Assembly: GCA_905480075.1 (NCBI GenBank)
Contig: CAJQOX010000088.1
Coordinates: 7,675 to 71,674, forward strand
DNA length: 64,000 nt
Direction of reading: 5' to 3'
Origin: an uncultured Aureispira sp.
GTDB taxonomy: Bacteria > Bacteroidota > Bacteroidia > Chitinophagales > Saprospiraceae
In this document: positions 39,302 to 49,730 of the stretch, piece after piece
Layout of the letters: every line of letters begins with the position of its first letter
How positions within the stretch are numbered: position 1 is the stretch's first letter
Program-made: the position numbers and the translations under genes
Notes under the pieces: model-generated
Databases searched by the model: none
Told to the model about the DNA's origin: nothing
What the model saw: only the letters and a program-made list of their open reading frames with translations

Positions 39302-40273
39302 TTATTCGTTTTGTTTTTCCTGGTTCCCTAACTTTTCCAATAAAAACACGACAGAAAAGCCAATTATTAATAAGGCAAAACACAACATTGTATAGGGTTC
39401 CCCGTCATAATTGGAGGGCATCGCATTTTCCATTAACCAGGGTACTTTTTCATCGTGACTGTTAATTCTGTACTTGAAAACATTTTGCCAGGGCCAAACC
39501 TTGTTGAGGGAACCAATCATAAATCCGGACAAAACAGCTAGGGTAGTATTTTTGTAATTTTTGAAAGTCCAGGATAGTACATGAGAAAATAGCAATAAAC
39601 CACCAATACAGCCCAACATAAAAATGAGCAAAAAGGTAAAATCCTTGCTTGTGGCAGCATGTAAGACATGTTGGTACATTCCCATTAACAACAAAATAAA
39701 ACTCCCTGATATTCCGGGCAAAATCATAGCACAAATAGCTATAGAACCTGCCAGAAAGACCATCCAGTAAGCATTAGATGCTTCAGCAGGGGCTAAAATG
39801 GTAATAGTATATGCTACACCTACCCCAGTGATTAAGCCTGTTATTGCAGTAAAATTCCATTTTGAGACCTGTTTTGCTATATAAATTACGGAAGCTATTA
39901 TCAGCCCGAAGAAAAAAGCCCAAAGTAATTGCGGGTAGTTGTGTAAACACCATTCTATTGCTTTTGCCAAAGAAAACAGACTGGTAAAAATCCCTGCAAA
40001 TAAAGCCACCAGAAAAGTGCCGTCGATCCGCTTCCAAACGGGACCTATGCCTTCTGTAAACAACATCTTTAGTGCTGTTGGGTCAGCAGACTTAATGGCA
40101 TTCAACAAGCGTTCATAAATACCGGTGATAAAGGCAATTGTTCCTCCGGAAACTCCGGGAACAACATCGGCAGCACCCATTGCCATTCCCTTGAGGTAAA
40201 TAAAAAAATAATTTATAAAACTTTCATTAGGGGGACTTTCTTTAGGCTTATCCTGTAAAATATTATCTTTCAT
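39302..40273 (-). CDS. DUF368 domain membrane protein
   Basis: Polytopic membrane protein. The signature GAADVVPGVSGGTIAFITGIYERL is repeated as PGISGSFILLLMGMY in the second half. Confidence 0.75.
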   Translation of the reverse strand: MKDNILQDKPKESPPNESFINYFFIYLKGMAMGAADVVPGVSGGTIAFITGIYERLLNAIKSADPTALKMLFTEGIGPVWKRIDGTFLVALFAGIFTSLFSLAKAIEWCLHNYPQLLWAFFFGLIIASVIYIAKQVSKWNFTAITGLITGVGVAYTITILAPAEASNAYWMVFLAGSIAICAMILPGISGSFILLLMGMYQHVLHAATSKDFTFLLIFMLGCIGGLLLFSHVLSWTFKNYKNTTLAVLSGFMIGSLNKVWPWQNVFKYRINSHDEKVPWLMENAMPSNYDGEPYTMLCFALLIIGFSVVFLLEKLGNQEKQNE

Positions 40274-40469
40274 CTTAATGTTTTGTGATCACTTCATTAT
40301 CGTTTTACAACCAAATGTAGTTAAACGAGGTCTTTCGGCCTAAAAATAGCTTTAAATTTTTCAAGTTTCCTATTTTTGTTATATCTTATTATAATTGTAG
40401 CATACTAATTGTTTATTTTGCAATATAAATACTCTTTTTTTGTTATATTATATACCATAATAAGGTTTA

Positions 40470-41705
40470 ATGCTAACATATTCCCGGCTCTCGGGATTAA
40501 CTATCTTTAATTTGACATTGTTCAACCAATACACATTTCGTTTTTGTTTTATCCCTGTTATTTGTGCAGTATTTTGCATAAACAATGGGTTTGCCCAAAG
40601 CAAGAAAGATTATATTACCGCTGTTGCAAAAAAAGGGGATGGGATAATTGTCTTGTTAAGCAGGTATCATCTTGACAGGTCCGGATGTGCTATGCGTAAG
40701 TTTTGTAAAATCAATGGCCTTTCCTCAGATTCAGGGCTCAAACTGGGTAAAACATATAAACTGCCTATTTATAAATATCGTTATAATCAAAAATCAATAA
40801 GGACTACTGCCAATATCAAAGAATGGCAAAAGGCTAAACAAATTGAAAGATATAATGATTTGATGGTGGAATTGGGCCGAAAGGAAAGTAACTTCCGTAA
40901 AGGTACAAGAGAATTATGGGTGCCCTATCATCTTAAGTATTGTTCAAGGGATGTAAGTGAGTTTGTACCCAAAAAGAAATCTTATCCTATCTTCGGAAAA
41001 GATTATGCTGATATTACTATCAAAGACGATAAGCTGGCAGGTGCTGTTTATTATGTAGTAGCAGGGCACGGAGGGCCGGACCCGGGCGCTATGGCCAAAT
41101 ATAAGGGCAAGTATCTTTGCGAAGACGAATATGCCTATGATATATCTCTCAGGCTTGCCAGAAACCTGATCGAACATGGCGCAATAGTATATCTTATTAT
41201 CAGAGATAAAAATGATGGTATACGAAATGGCGAATATCTTAAGCCCGATATGGACGAGCGTTGCTGGCCCAACGAAATTATTCCTGTAAGCCAAAAACCA
41301 AGACTGGAACAAAGGTCTGATGTTATCAATAAATTATATGAGGAAAATCGTAAAAAAGGTATTGAGTACCAAAGATTAATAGAAATCCATGTGGATTCAA
41401 GAATTAAATCCATTAGAATCGATTTGTTTTTTTATCATTACCCGAACAGTAAAATCGGTCAGTCCCTTGCCAATAAGCTTCATAATACAATGAAGAAGAA
41501 ATATGCAGTTAACCGCAAAAGCGGAGAGTATCACGGGACGGTAATTCCAAGGGATCTGCACATGCTCAGAGAAGTGAAACCTATTCCGGTATTTATTGAA
41601 GTTGGAAATATTCAAAATCCCAACGATCAGAAAAGAATTCTTTATGCAAGCAACAGACAGGCTTTAGCTGATTGGCTGGAAGAAGGTCTGCTAAGAGATT
41701 ATTAA
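40470..41705 (+). CDS. N-acetylmuramoyl-L-alanine amidase (Amidase_3 type) with an N-terminal LysM-like region
   Basis: The VVAGHGGPDPGA zinc-amidase block, a later E and IEIHVDS blocks, and an N-terminal hydrophobic segment. Confidence 0.7.
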   Translation: MLTYSRLSGLTIFNLTLFNQYTFRFCFIPVICAVFCINNGFAQSKKDYITAVAKKGDGIIVLLSRYHLDRSGCAMRKFCKINGLSSDSGLKLGKTYKLPIYKYRYNQKSIRTTANIKEWQKAKQIERYNDLMVELGRKESNFRKGTRELWVPYHLKYCSRDVSEFVPKKKSYPIFGKDYADITIKDDKLAGAVYYVVAGHGGPDPGAMAKYKGKYLCEDEYAYDISLRLARNLIEHGAIVYLIIRDKNDGIRNGEYLKPDMDERCWPNEIIPVSQKPRLEQRSDVINKLYEENRKKGIEYQRLIEIHVDSRIKSIRIDLFFYHYPNSKIGQSLANKLHNTMKKKYAVNRKSGEYHGTVIPRDLHMLREVKPIPVFIEVGNIQNPNDQKRILYASNRQALADWLEEGLLRDY

Positions 41706-41751
41706 TTTCATGCAATCTATATCTGTTGCAGTTAATTTCACCTCATAAAGG

Positions 41752-41782
41752 TTGCCTAGTTCAAAAGAAGGTCTTAGCTTTG
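41752..41782 (+). promoter_or_regulatory. Candidate Bacteroidota promoter for serC (-33 TTG, -7 TAGCTTTG)
   Basis: TTG at 41752-41754 and TAnnTTTG at 41775-41782, with 20 nt between them. This implies that the TTG ORF start at 41752 is not the translation start. Confidence 0.4.
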
Positions 41783-41862
41783 CAGCTCATCAAACAAATC
41801 AACTAATGGAGCTATTAAAGAATGAGCTTGCAGAAGCTCAGAAAATTCAAAAACAATCTTCA

Positions 41863-42927
41863 ATGAAAACTCACAACTTTAGCGCCGGTCCTGCTATACT
41901 TCCTCAGTCAGTAATTAAGGAAGCTGCCGCCGCTGTACAAAATTATGCCGGTACCGGCCTTTCTGTTCTCGAAATGTCTCATCGCAGTAAGGAAATTGCC
42001 GCTGTAATGGATGAAGCAGAAATGCTGGTTAAGGATTTATTAGGCCTGAAAGACGATTATTCTGTGCTGTTCCTGACAGGTGGCGCAAGTTCACAGTTTT
42101 ATATGGTTCCGATGAATCTGCTCAATGAAAATGAAAAAGCTTGCTATATAGATACAGGGGCATGGTCGGCCAAGGCAATAAAAGAAGTTTCAAACTTTGG
42201 GAATGTTGAGGTATTGGCCTCTTCTAAAGAAACGACTTATAATTATATCCCTAAAAACTGGGAAGTTCCTTCAGATGCAAAGTATCTGCACATTACTTCC
42301 AATAACACTATCTACGGAACTCAGTTTCACAATATCCCGGAAACAGATGCACTTCTGATAGCTGATATGTCTTCCGAGATATTCAGCAGAGAAATTGATG
42401 CTAATAAATTTGACATTATTTATGCCGGTGCTCAAAAAAACCTTGGCCCCGCAGGAACTACTTTGGTGATTATCAGAAATGAAATACTGGGGAAAGTACA
42501 GAGGGAGATACCTACTATGCTTGATTACCAGACTCATATAAATAAAAATTCTGCTTTTAACACCCCTCCTGTTTACCCGATATTTGTTTGTCTGTTAACG
42601 CTCAGATGGCTGAAGGCACAGGGTGGAATAAAGGCTATGGAAGCCCATAATAAGAAAAAAGCTGCCTTGCTTTATAATGAAATAGATAGTAATCCTCTCT
42701 TCAAAGGTACTGCTGCTTTAGAAGATCGTTCGTATATGAATGTACCTTTTCTTACAGCAAACCCCGACCACGAAGCTGCCTTTTTGGAATACTGTACTGC
42801 TAATGGCATTTCAGGTGTAAAGGGTCACCGTTCTGTTGGTGGCTTCCGGGCATCAATTTATAATGCAATGCCTGTCAGTAGTATTGAATTACTTGTCAGC
42901 CTGATGCAAAGTTTTAAACCAGAATAG
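41863..42927 (+). CDS. serC: Phosphoserine aminotransferase
   Basis: MKTHNFSAGPAILPQ is the canonical SerC N-terminus. The PLP-lysine region is YAGAQKNLGPAG. The resulting 354 aa is the typical length. Confidence 0.9.
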   Translation: MKTHNFSAGPAILPQSVIKEAAAAVQNYAGTGLSVLEMSHRSKEIAAVMDEAEMLVKDLLGLKDDYSVLFLTGGASSQFYMVPMNLLNENEKACYIDTGAWSAKAIKEVSNFGNVEVLASSKETTYNYIPKNWEVPSDAKYLHITSNNTIYGTQFHNIPETDALLIADMSSEIFSREIDANKFDIIYAGAQKNLGPAGTTLVIIRNEILGKVQREIPTMLDYQTHINKNSAFNTPPVYPIFVCLLTLRWLKAQGGIKAMEAHNKKKAALLYNEIDSNPLFKGTAALEDRSYMNVPFLTANPDHEAAFLEYCTANGISGVKGHRSVGGFRASIYNAMPVSSIELLVSLMQSFKPE

Positions 42928-42947
42928 TAAATTCAGGTTATTTATTA

Positions 42948-43007
42948 TGGAATTATAGGTTTTTGGCTTTTCTTTGTTTGAATAGCTTACCTGTAATTCC
43001 ATTTTTT
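42948..43007 (+). terminator. Probable terminator after serC (long-loop hairpin plus T-run)
   Basis: TGGAATTATAGGT (42948-42960) pairs with ACCTGTAATTCCA (42989-43001) with one G-U pair, then T6. The 28-nt loop is unusually large. Confidence 0.5.
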
Positions 43008-43024
43008 ATTTCAATATATTTGTT

Positions 43025-44839
43025 ATGTATTTCTCCCGCTTGTTTTGTTGTTTTCTTGCTTTCTTTTTTATTTCTGTTCTTATTTCCTGTCAGGAAGATA
43101 TTGTTTCTCATCCTGAAGCTGTAGTTTATTATAACGATTTTCCGGTTAGGGATGAATATAAATCAGGTTGGGAAAAATTTTCGGAGAACTTTGCAAAGGA
43201 CAGTAATTATGTTAATGAATTTGATTTGACGATTCAGAAAAAAGACTATTACAAAAGTAATTCTTCCCCTCTTTCTACTTTGAACGGCAGTTCGAAAATG
43301 ATACTCAATCAAGACCTTGAGGTTCATTTTTTTCCGCTTAATCAGGATACAGCCACGCAATTTCAATACATTTATAAATTCGAATGCATAAAAGATCCTA
43401 AAAATTATCGCTATGCTGATGTCGCTTACCCCAACCCTTGTCAGGGCAAGGACTTAATGGCCAAAGCCAGGGCTTTCCTTGTTAATAAAACAGGTGTCAA
43501 CAAAAGGCTTTATTGTCGCTTGTTTTATCAGAATAATTCTTATGCTTATTCTACGGGGAAAGATGCAGATTTCGATAATAGATTGTTTTTGACCAATTAT
43601 TACGGGGCCAGCAAATCTTATATAGTAGATGTTGCTGCCAACCAAAACAAGGAAGTTTTTCTTGATTACCTGATTGGGAAAGATCCCAAAAAGGAAGATT
43701 TGTTAACGAAAAGTTTCTATGGTCCTGCCAGACCCGGAAATTACGAGTTTATGTTGTGGGTGACAGAGGATTCTACAGACATTCTTGTCGATGACAGCCT
43801 TAACCTCAGGCAAGTAAATCCCTTTGCGAACTTTCAGAAAAGATTGCAAAATGGGGAATCTTCTGTGCTTGACAATGTTGCCCATACCCATGCAAAGCAC
43901 TTTAAATTTGTTTTCCTTCACGAAACCTTTAATGGCGACAATATATATAATCCCGGCACTGTCTATTTGTTGGGAGACAGGTCTGAGAAACCTCTTTGTG
44001 ACACATGTACAGGCTACTTCAGGGATGTTATTGCAGACGAATGGACTCCCGATGATTATTTTAACGGTTTTATATCTCAGGCCCCCTGGATAAAAGCTGA
44101 ATACGGAAACAGGAAAGAAAATGTAAGGATAGATGAGTATGGCGTCTATCTGAAATGCCCGAAATCAACTCCTGAAAAAAAACAAAAAACCTGGGGTGAG
44201 ATTAAATTTGCACCCGGGTTTTTATATGGTACTGTAAAGATAGTAGCTAAATTCCCACAATTAAGAAATACCAAAACCCACAGCCCTACAGGTATTGTTC
44301 ACAATCTTTGGTTGTATCAGTTCAATCACCCTTATGCCGAGGCCATTTCAGGTCACCCTTATGAATACCTTAAAAATGACAAGGGCAAACAACCATACGA
44401 AATTGATATCGAAATTTGGTCCAAAATCTATTCTGAAAACTGGAGTGGCGGGGCTGGCATAAACTATTCAATTGTAGATTACATGCGTAATGAAAATGTA
44501 GTTGTAAAACCAGGAGAACAAAAGAAAATCAATGGCTACGATATAGACAGGTTTAACAACATTCAACTAAATCATCCTGACCGGGATTTGTATTGGCATG
44601 ACTTCTGGGAGCAATACCATCAATACGAAATTATCTGGTCTCCTCAGAATGTAAAATATAAAATTGATGGACGGTTAGTGGCAACAATTGATGAATCATT
44701 AGCTAAAATCCCTGATGAATATGCCTTTCTTTGGATCGGGAGTCCAATATATCAGGATGGGACATATTATGGTCAGAATGGAATTCCATTTTTACCCGAT
44801 GACAGATTCAGTCACATACGGTACATTTCTATTGAATAA
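43025..44839 (+). CDS. Lipoprotein with a C-terminal GH16-like (beta-glucanase/laminarinase fold) domain
   Basis: Lipobox LISC. The catalytic-type motif EIDIE (44399-44413) sits in a C-terminal ~250-aa region. The N-terminal ~350 aa are unassigned. Confidence 0.5.
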   Translation: MYFSRLFCCFLAFFFISVLISCQEDIVSHPEAVVYYNDFPVRDEYKSGWEKFSENFAKDSNYVNEFDLTIQKKDYYKSNSSPLSTLNGSSKMILNQDLEVHFFPLNQDTATQFQYIYKFECIKDPKNYRYADVAYPNPCQGKDLMAKARAFLVNKTGVNKRLYCRLFYQNNSYAYSTGKDADFDNRLFLTNYYGASKSYIVDVAANQNKEVFLDYLIGKDPKKEDLLTKSFYGPARPGNYEFMLWVTEDSTDILVDDSLNLRQVNPFANFQKRLQNGESSVLDNVAHTHAKHFKFVFLHETFNGDNIYNPGTVYLLGDRSEKPLCDTCTGYFRDVIADEWTPDDYFNGFISQAPWIKAEYGNRKENVRIDEYGVYLKCPKSTPEKKQKTWGEIKFAPGFLYGTVKIVAKFPQLRNTKTHSPTGIVHNLWLYQFNHPYAEAISGHPYEYLKNDKGKQPYEIDIEIWSKIYSENWSGGAGINYSIVDYMRNENVVVKPGEQKKINGYDIDRFNNIQLNHPDRDLYWHDFWEQYHQYEIIWSPQNVKYKIDGRLVATIDESLAKIPDEYAFLWIGSPIYQDGTYYGQNGIPFLPDDRFSHIRYISIE

Positions 44840-44858
44840 GGGACTGTTTTTTTATTGC

Positions 44859-45629
44859 TTAGTCAATTTTTATTCTCTGTCGGATGGTTTCATATAATAC
44901 AATCCCCGTAGCGACAGACACATTAAAGGAATCTGTAGTCCCTTTCATAGGTATTCTGAACCATTTATTGGATTTTCTTAGTATGTGTGGCCGCACACCT
45001 TCATCTTCAGCTCCCATTACTATTGCCGTAGGCAGGGTAAGGTCAAGGTCGTAAAGCATGTCGTTTCCCCTGAGGTCAGCGGCTATAATCTGTACCCCGT
45101 TCATTAGTAAAAAGTCTATTGCGTTGCCCAGGCTGCCTGTTCTGCAAACCGGAATTTTAGTTAGTGCTCCGGCAGATGCTTTTACTGCCTCCGCATTAAT
45201 TTGTGCCGTCTTTTTTTGAGGTACTATCATGGCATGTACTCCTGTAGCTTCAGCCGAACGGGCTATTGCACCCATGTTACGAACATCTGTAATTCCATCC
45301 AGGATTATTAATAAAGGGACTTCCCCTCTGTCGTATATTGCCGGGAAAACATCTTCAATCAATTGGTATTCTACTTCTGCCAGAAAACAGAGTACCCCTT
45401 GATGGTTTTTAGTGGTAATATTGTTAATTCTGTCTTTAGGGACAATATGTAAAGGGATATTCCTTTCTTTACATATGTTTCTCAAATCTTTTTCGAAAGG
45501 ACCCTTAACGGCGGTTGAAAGCATTATCTTGTCAATAGATATACCGTTGTTGACAGCATCGGTGACCGGGTGCCTGCCGTATATCAGTTTAGTTGTATCA
45601 AATGATGGCTTCTTTCTTTTGTAATGCAT
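44859..45629 (-). CDS. rlmB: SpoU/TrmH family rRNA 2'-O-methyltransferase (RlmB-like)
   Basis: An N-terminal SpoU substrate-binding-like segment (IYGRHPVTDAV), then GNAIDF, MGAEDEGV and IPMKGTTDSFNVSVATGIVLYE. The ATG at 45629 is chosen to avoid overlap with gldD. Confidence 0.72.
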   Translation of the reverse strand: MHYKRKKPSFDTTKLIYGRHPVTDAVNNGISIDKIMLSTAVKGPFEKDLRNICKERNIPLHIVPKDRINNITTKNHQGVLCFLAEVEYQLIEDVFPAIYDRGEVPLLIILDGITDVRNMGAIARSAEATGVHAMIVPQKKTAQINAEAVKASAGALTKIPVCRTGSLGNAIDFLLMNGVQIIAADLRGNDMLYDLDLTLPTAIVMGAEDEGVRPHILRKSNKWFRIPMKGTTDSFNVSVATGIVLYETIRQRIKID

Positions 45630-45664
45630 TTGTATAGCTTGTAGTGAAATTTTAAAATTTCGGA

Positions 45665-46273
45665 TTAATTTTCTTCTTTGTTCCACTCAAAAGAATTGAT
45701 GACCTTATCAAGGTCTTCTTTTACAAATGACAGCACCGGAGCCAAAGAGTCTTCATTTGGTTTTGAATTGAAATATAAAGATGCCCAAACAGCATGGTTT
45801 ATACTATCAGTTAAAACAAAATGATAGGGAGAGGCTACATCGCCATCTACTTCATAAGTTATTCCGGAAATATTATTCTCTAGTTCAAATAATTGATCTC
45901 GTCGGCCGGTTGCTTTCATATTGTGCTTTTCTGAAAGAACATAAGAGTCAATAATAACATCTTTTAGTTTTTCTTTTGAATTATTACCACCAATATCCGT
46001 GTAAGTAAAATGGACAGCGCCATTTAAAGATGGCATTTTCATTGTAAACCAACAGGGGTGTTTTGCTTCCACATTTATTAGTGTAGTATCCTGTTCAAAT
46101 TCCATATAATCTGGATAATTGAAAGAAAAGGAACAATAATCCTTATTAAAAGATACGTAATTACGTTCAGGAAAGCTCACTTTGGGGTACATCCTTGGTT
46201 TCGGAATAGGAATCCGTTCTTCTGTACAGGCAAAATTTAGTGTAAGGATCAGAATCAGAAGAAAACCTCGCAT
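45665..46273 (-). CDS. gldD: Gliding motility lipoprotein GldD-like
   Basis: A ~200-aa lipoprotein (lipobox NFAC) immediately downstream of the gldE-like gene. This is the arrangement reported for gldD/gldE in Flavobacterium johnsoniae. The call relies mainly on size and synteny. Confidence 0.6.
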   Translation of the reverse strand: MRGFLLILILTLNFACTEERIPIPKPRMYPKVSFPERNYVSFNKDYCSFSFNYPDYMEFEQDTTLINVEAKHPCWFTMKMPSLNGAVHFTYTDIGGNNSKEKLKDVIIDSYVLSEKHNMKATGRRDQLFELENNISGITYEVDGDVASPYHFVLTDSINHAVWASLYFNSKPNEDSLAPVLSFVKEDLDKVINSFEWNKEEN

Positions 46274-46321
46274 AACATAAACTGATTGGTGATGATAAAG
46301 TGATACTCTGATAATTTTTTA

Positions 46322-47725
46322 TCAGATATTTTCAGAAACGGACGAAGGTAGGTTTATATTATTTTTTTTTTGCAAAACTATACGGATTTTTTCAATTCTT
46401 CTTTCTGTTGCGATCATAGTTATTAGCTGAAAATCCTTGCATTTTACTGTTGTATGTACTTTAGGGATGCTGCCATTAATCAGTAAGACCAAACCGGCAA
46501 TAGTTTCTGCTCCTTTTCGAATGTCATCAAAGTAATCTAAACGAAGTTCCAGTGTTTTACAAATTTCTGTAATAGATGTTCCTCCTTCAAAGTCAAAGGT
46601 GAATTCATCGATTTTGTTGAAACTGTTATTCTCCGGTGTGTCAAATTCATCTTCTATTTCCCCTACAATTTCTTCCAGTATGTCTTCCAGCGTTACGATG
46701 CCTTCTGTCCCGCCATACTCATCAACAACAATAGCCATGTGTATCCGCTTTTCCTTGAAGTCGTGAAATAAATCGTCAATTTTCCTTTTTGCAGGTGTAA
46801 TCAAGGGGGCTCTTATTAAATCATGCCAATTGAATTGAGAGCTGTTTCCCAGGTGATACAACAAATCTTTTGCGTGAATAATCCCTTTTATATCGTCAAG
46901 GTCATCACCGTAAATAGGAATTCTGGAATAGGATTCTTCTTTAAAGATATTAACAAGGTCATTAAAAGAGGATTCTATACTCAGTGCTATTACCTTCATT
47001 CTTGGTTTCATAATCTCAGCAGCTGATGTGTTTCCGAAACGTATAATGCCTTTAAGCATATCTACGTCTTGTTTAGCATACTTATTGTCTTTAACTGTAA
47101 GTTCTATTGCACTTGCTATGTCTTCTTGGCTTACCGTGCTTTGGTTTATTTTTGTGAGCCGCCTCTCTACAAACTGTGTACTATTGACCAAAAGCCAGTT
47201 TAAAGGGTGAAATAATTTTTCGAGTACGAGGAAAGCCTTGCTCATAAAACGCGCAATCCGGAGGCTGTTTTGGTTTGCATAAACTTTTGGGGCTACTTCC
47301 CCGAATAATACCAAAAGGAAGGTGACAAGGCCTACGGTTATAGTGCCGTTTATTACAAAATCCCAGTTTTTATTAGCAAAGCCCCATCCATCTGAAGGAA
47401 CTAAATTACTTATCAGAGAGTCAGAAACAAGAATCAACGCAATGTTAACTACGTTGTTAGCAATGAGGATAGTGGAAAGTAAATATCTGGGGGTGGAAAG
47501 TAGGGAAAGAATATTAGCAGAGGAAGGGGTATCCTCTTCTTTAAGTAAGCTCCTCTCATTTTTCCCCAAGGAGAAAAATGCTACTTCAGATCCTGATAAT
47601 AGTCCTGAAAAAAGGAGTAGTAATATAATAATAAGGGCACTGCCCAGCATTCCTGAATTAAAATCAGTAAGGAAGATAAGTGCCAAATAGATACTGTCAA
47701 ATATATGACTCGGTTCGGTTTCCAA
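46322..47725 (-). CDS. gldE: Gliding motility-associated protein GldE (DUF21 / CBS pair / CorC_HlyC)
   Basis: N-terminal four-TM DUF21 region, a CBS pair and a C-terminal CorC_HlyC-like domain. It lies downstream of ssb and mutY, the neighbourhood I recall (not verified) for gldE in F. johnsoniae. Confidence 0.72.
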   Translation of the reverse strand: METEPSHIFDSIYLALIFLTDFNSGMLGSALIIILLLLFSGLLSGSEVAFFSLGKNERSLLKEEDTPSSANILSLLSTPRYLLSTILIANNVVNIALILVSDSLISNLVPSDGWGFANKNWDFVINGTITVGLVTFLLVLFGEVAPKVYANQNSLRIARFMSKAFLVLEKLFHPLNWLLVNSTQFVERRLTKINQSTVSQEDIASAIELTVKDNKYAKQDVDMLKGIIRFGNTSAAEIMKPRMKVIALSIESSFNDLVNIFKEESYSRIPIYGDDLDDIKGIIHAKDLLYHLGNSSQFNWHDLIRAPLITPAKRKIDDLFHDFKEKRIHMAIVVDEYGGTEGIVTLEDILEEIVGEIEDEFDTPENNSFNKIDEFTFDFEGGTSITEICKTLELRLDYFDDIRKGAETIAGLVLLINGSIPKVHTTVKCKDFQLITMIATERRIEKIRIVLQKKNNINLPSSVSENI

Positions 47726-47812
47726 ATTTTAAGTGATTAGTCTGAAAATATACAAAAAATCAATGTAAAATTGAAATTTTTATCGACTTTTTTATAAAAA
47801 ACCTGAATAAAT

Positions 47813-47846
47813 TAAAAAGAACCAATGCCTCTGAAAGGCATTGGTT
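47813..47846 (-). terminator. Rho-independent terminator between ssb and gldE
   Basis: AACCAATGCCT (47820-47830) pairs with AGGCATTGGTT (47836-47846). A T-run follows on the minus strand. Confidence 0.7.
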
Positions 47847-47860
47847 TATTATGTGAATGA

Positions 47861-48286
47861 TTAAAACGGAAGCTCGTCTGTGTTGTCTTCAGCGGGGATA
47901 ACGACCAGAGGTGTTTTGGGTTTTGTAAGCGCCCCGTTACTTTTCTCTTCTCCGGATTTGTTACTGCCTTGTAAAATTTTAAATATATTGGCACGCACTT
48001 CTGTTTTGTACCGTGTGGTTCCTTCTTTGTCTGTCCAGCTATTGCTCGTCAGTTTTCCTTCAATATAAATAAGATTACCTTTTTTTAATTGCTTTTCAGC
48101 TCTCTCTGCAACCTCTCCCCACATAATGATATCATGCCATTCTGTGTTGTCTACCCATTTTCCACTATTGTCTCTGAATCGTTCGCTCGTAGCTAAAGTG
48201 AATTTGGTGTTTTGTTTGTTTTTGTCGAATGAACGACCAATCGGATCTTTTCCTAATCTTCCGATAAGGGTTACTTTGTTTACCAT
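47861..48286 (-). CDS. ssb: Single-stranded DNA-binding protein
   Basis: OB-fold N-terminus MVNKVTLIGRLGKDP and the acidic C-terminal tip DELPF. Confidence 0.9.
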   Translation of the reverse strand: MVNKVTLIGRLGKDPIGRSFDKNKQNTKFTLATSERFRDNSGKWVDNTEWHDIIMWGEVAERAEKQLKKGNLIYIEGKLTSNSWTDKEGTTRYKTEVRANIFKILQGSNKSGEEKSNGALTKPKTPLVVIPAEDNTDELPF

Positions 48287-48527
48287 AATAAATGTTAAAA
48301 ATTAATGAACTTGATTAAATATACAAAAAAAATTAATGAATTGCGAATCGTGAAGCTTAAGTTATTGCATCTCAATCACAACACTGTCTGCCTTCAACGG
48401 GACGCTACTTTTTTTTGTTTCACTATTTTTCAATTTATTTTTAATCAGCAAATGAAAATTTTACCTGTTTTTTATCAGTTGAAAATTATAGCTAAAGCTA
48501 ATTCATAAAAATAGCCTTTTGTAATTA

Positions 48528-48552
48528 TTTTTTTTTTTTTTTGATTTTTTTT
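48528..48552. repeat. Homopolymer tract T15-GA-T8 (A-tracts on the mutY/ssb coding strand)
   Basis: Direct count: T at 48528-48542, GA, then T at 48545-48552. It lies about 15 nt downstream of the mutY stop. Confidence 0.9.
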
Positions 48553-48566
48553 ATTCTTATCCAAAA

Positions 48567-49646
48567 TTAGGGAAAATCAGTAGTTTTTGTCTCAAGATAT
48601 TTTCTGATAATCTTTGGGAAGGCATAGTTTGAAAGTGATTTAGAGAGAACAAACTTGTATCCTGTTTTTAAGTTGAAACCAAATGTACATTCCGTTTCTA
48701 TGAAAACAGCATTAATTTTCTGATGTGTGAGTGTTTGTTTGAATGTTTCTGAAATAATAAAAGAATTATCGGATTCTGTCAGGCAATAATTCCAATCAGG
48801 GTTATTTCTTAATATTTCTGCAAGCTTGGATTTTTCAATTTTTTTGTCTGTTTCTACTAGCGGGAACTCATAAAGGCCAGCCCATATGTCTTTATTGTCT
48901 CGTTTGCCTAATAGTACCTGCTCATTTCTTTTTAGTATCAGATAATAAAAGTACCTGTCTTTCTTTTTTATTTTTTTTGTTTTGACAGGAAGTTTATTTA
49001 CTTCTCCCTTCGAATAAGCAGAACAATGTGTAATAAATGGGCATTTGGAGCAATCAGGTGTAGAAGGTGTGCATTGAGTTGCGCCAAAGTCCATGATTGC
49101 CTGATTGTAGAGTCCCGGCTGATTTTTATTCAGTAAGCTATCGGCCAGTTCACGGAATTTATTTTTCCCTTCACTTCTATCTATTGACAGGCCTATGCCA
49201 AAATATCGCGCAAGTACCCTGTATACGTTACCATCTATTACCGCGTGCGGGAGATTATACGCAAATGAGGCAATAGCAGAAGCGGTGTAATCACCTACTC
49301 CTTTTAATGTGCGTATGTCTGCATAGGTTTCCGGGAATATACCATTCCTCTTTTCTGCAATGTCCTTTGCTGCAGAATGCAAATTTCTAGCCCTCGAATA
49401 ATAACCAAGACCCTCCCAAAGTTTTAATACTTCATCTTCAGAGGCTGCAGCTAAATCACATACGGTAGGGTAATTTTCTGTAAACTTTAAATAATATGGC
49501 AGGCCCTGAGCAACTCTTGTTTGTTGAAGTATGATTTCGGATAACCATATATAATAGGGGTTCTTTATTCCTTTCCAAGGCAAAGGACGTGATTCAGGCT
49601 TGTACCATTGTAGTAAATTCTCGGAAAAAAATGATTTTTTATTCAT
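48567..49646 (-). CDS. mutY: A/G-specific adenine DNA glycosylase
   Basis: HhH-GPD block LKGVGDYTASAIASFAY, the 4Fe-4S cysteine cluster CTPSTPDCSKCPFITHC and a C-terminal NUDIX-like domain. The ATG at 49646 is preferred. Confidence 0.88.
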   Translation of the reverse strand: MNKKSFFSENLLQWYKPESRPLPWKGIKNPYYIWLSEIILQQTRVAQGLPYYLKFTENYPTVCDLAAASEDEVLKLWEGLGYYSRARNLHSAAKDIAEKRNGIFPETYADIRTLKGVGDYTASAIASFAYNLPHAVIDGNVYRVLARYFGIGLSIDRSEGKNKFRELADSLLNKNQPGLYNQAIMDFGATQCTPSTPDCSKCPFITHCSAYSKGEVNKLPVKTKKIKKKDRYFYYLILKRNEQVLLGKRDNKDIWAGLYEFPLVETDKKIEKSKLAEILRNNPDWNYCLTESDNSFIISETFKQTLTHQKINAVFIETECTFGFNLKTGYKFVLSKSLSNYAFPKIIRKYLETKTTDFP

Positions 49647-49730
49647 CGTCTGACAGTTTGGTGCCATTCAGAAGTTCATAGTTGATCTTCATTTTGTTGC
49701 CAGGAAAGAGAACAATAATTTATTGTTTAT

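Noticed and set aside
41752-41862. TTG start at 41752 for serC
   Set aside because: That TTG fits better as the -33 element of a TTG/TAGCTTTG promoter pair. The canonical SerC N-terminus (MKTHNFSAGPA) begins at 41863. An intermediate ATG at 41806 cannot be fully excluded.
43015-43022. TATATTTG match to the -7 promoter consensus just upstream of the GH16-like gene
   Set aside because: It ends only 3 nt before the ATG that begins an intact lipoprotein signal peptide. Transcription from it would start inside the coding region, so it is probably a chance match in AT-rich DNA.
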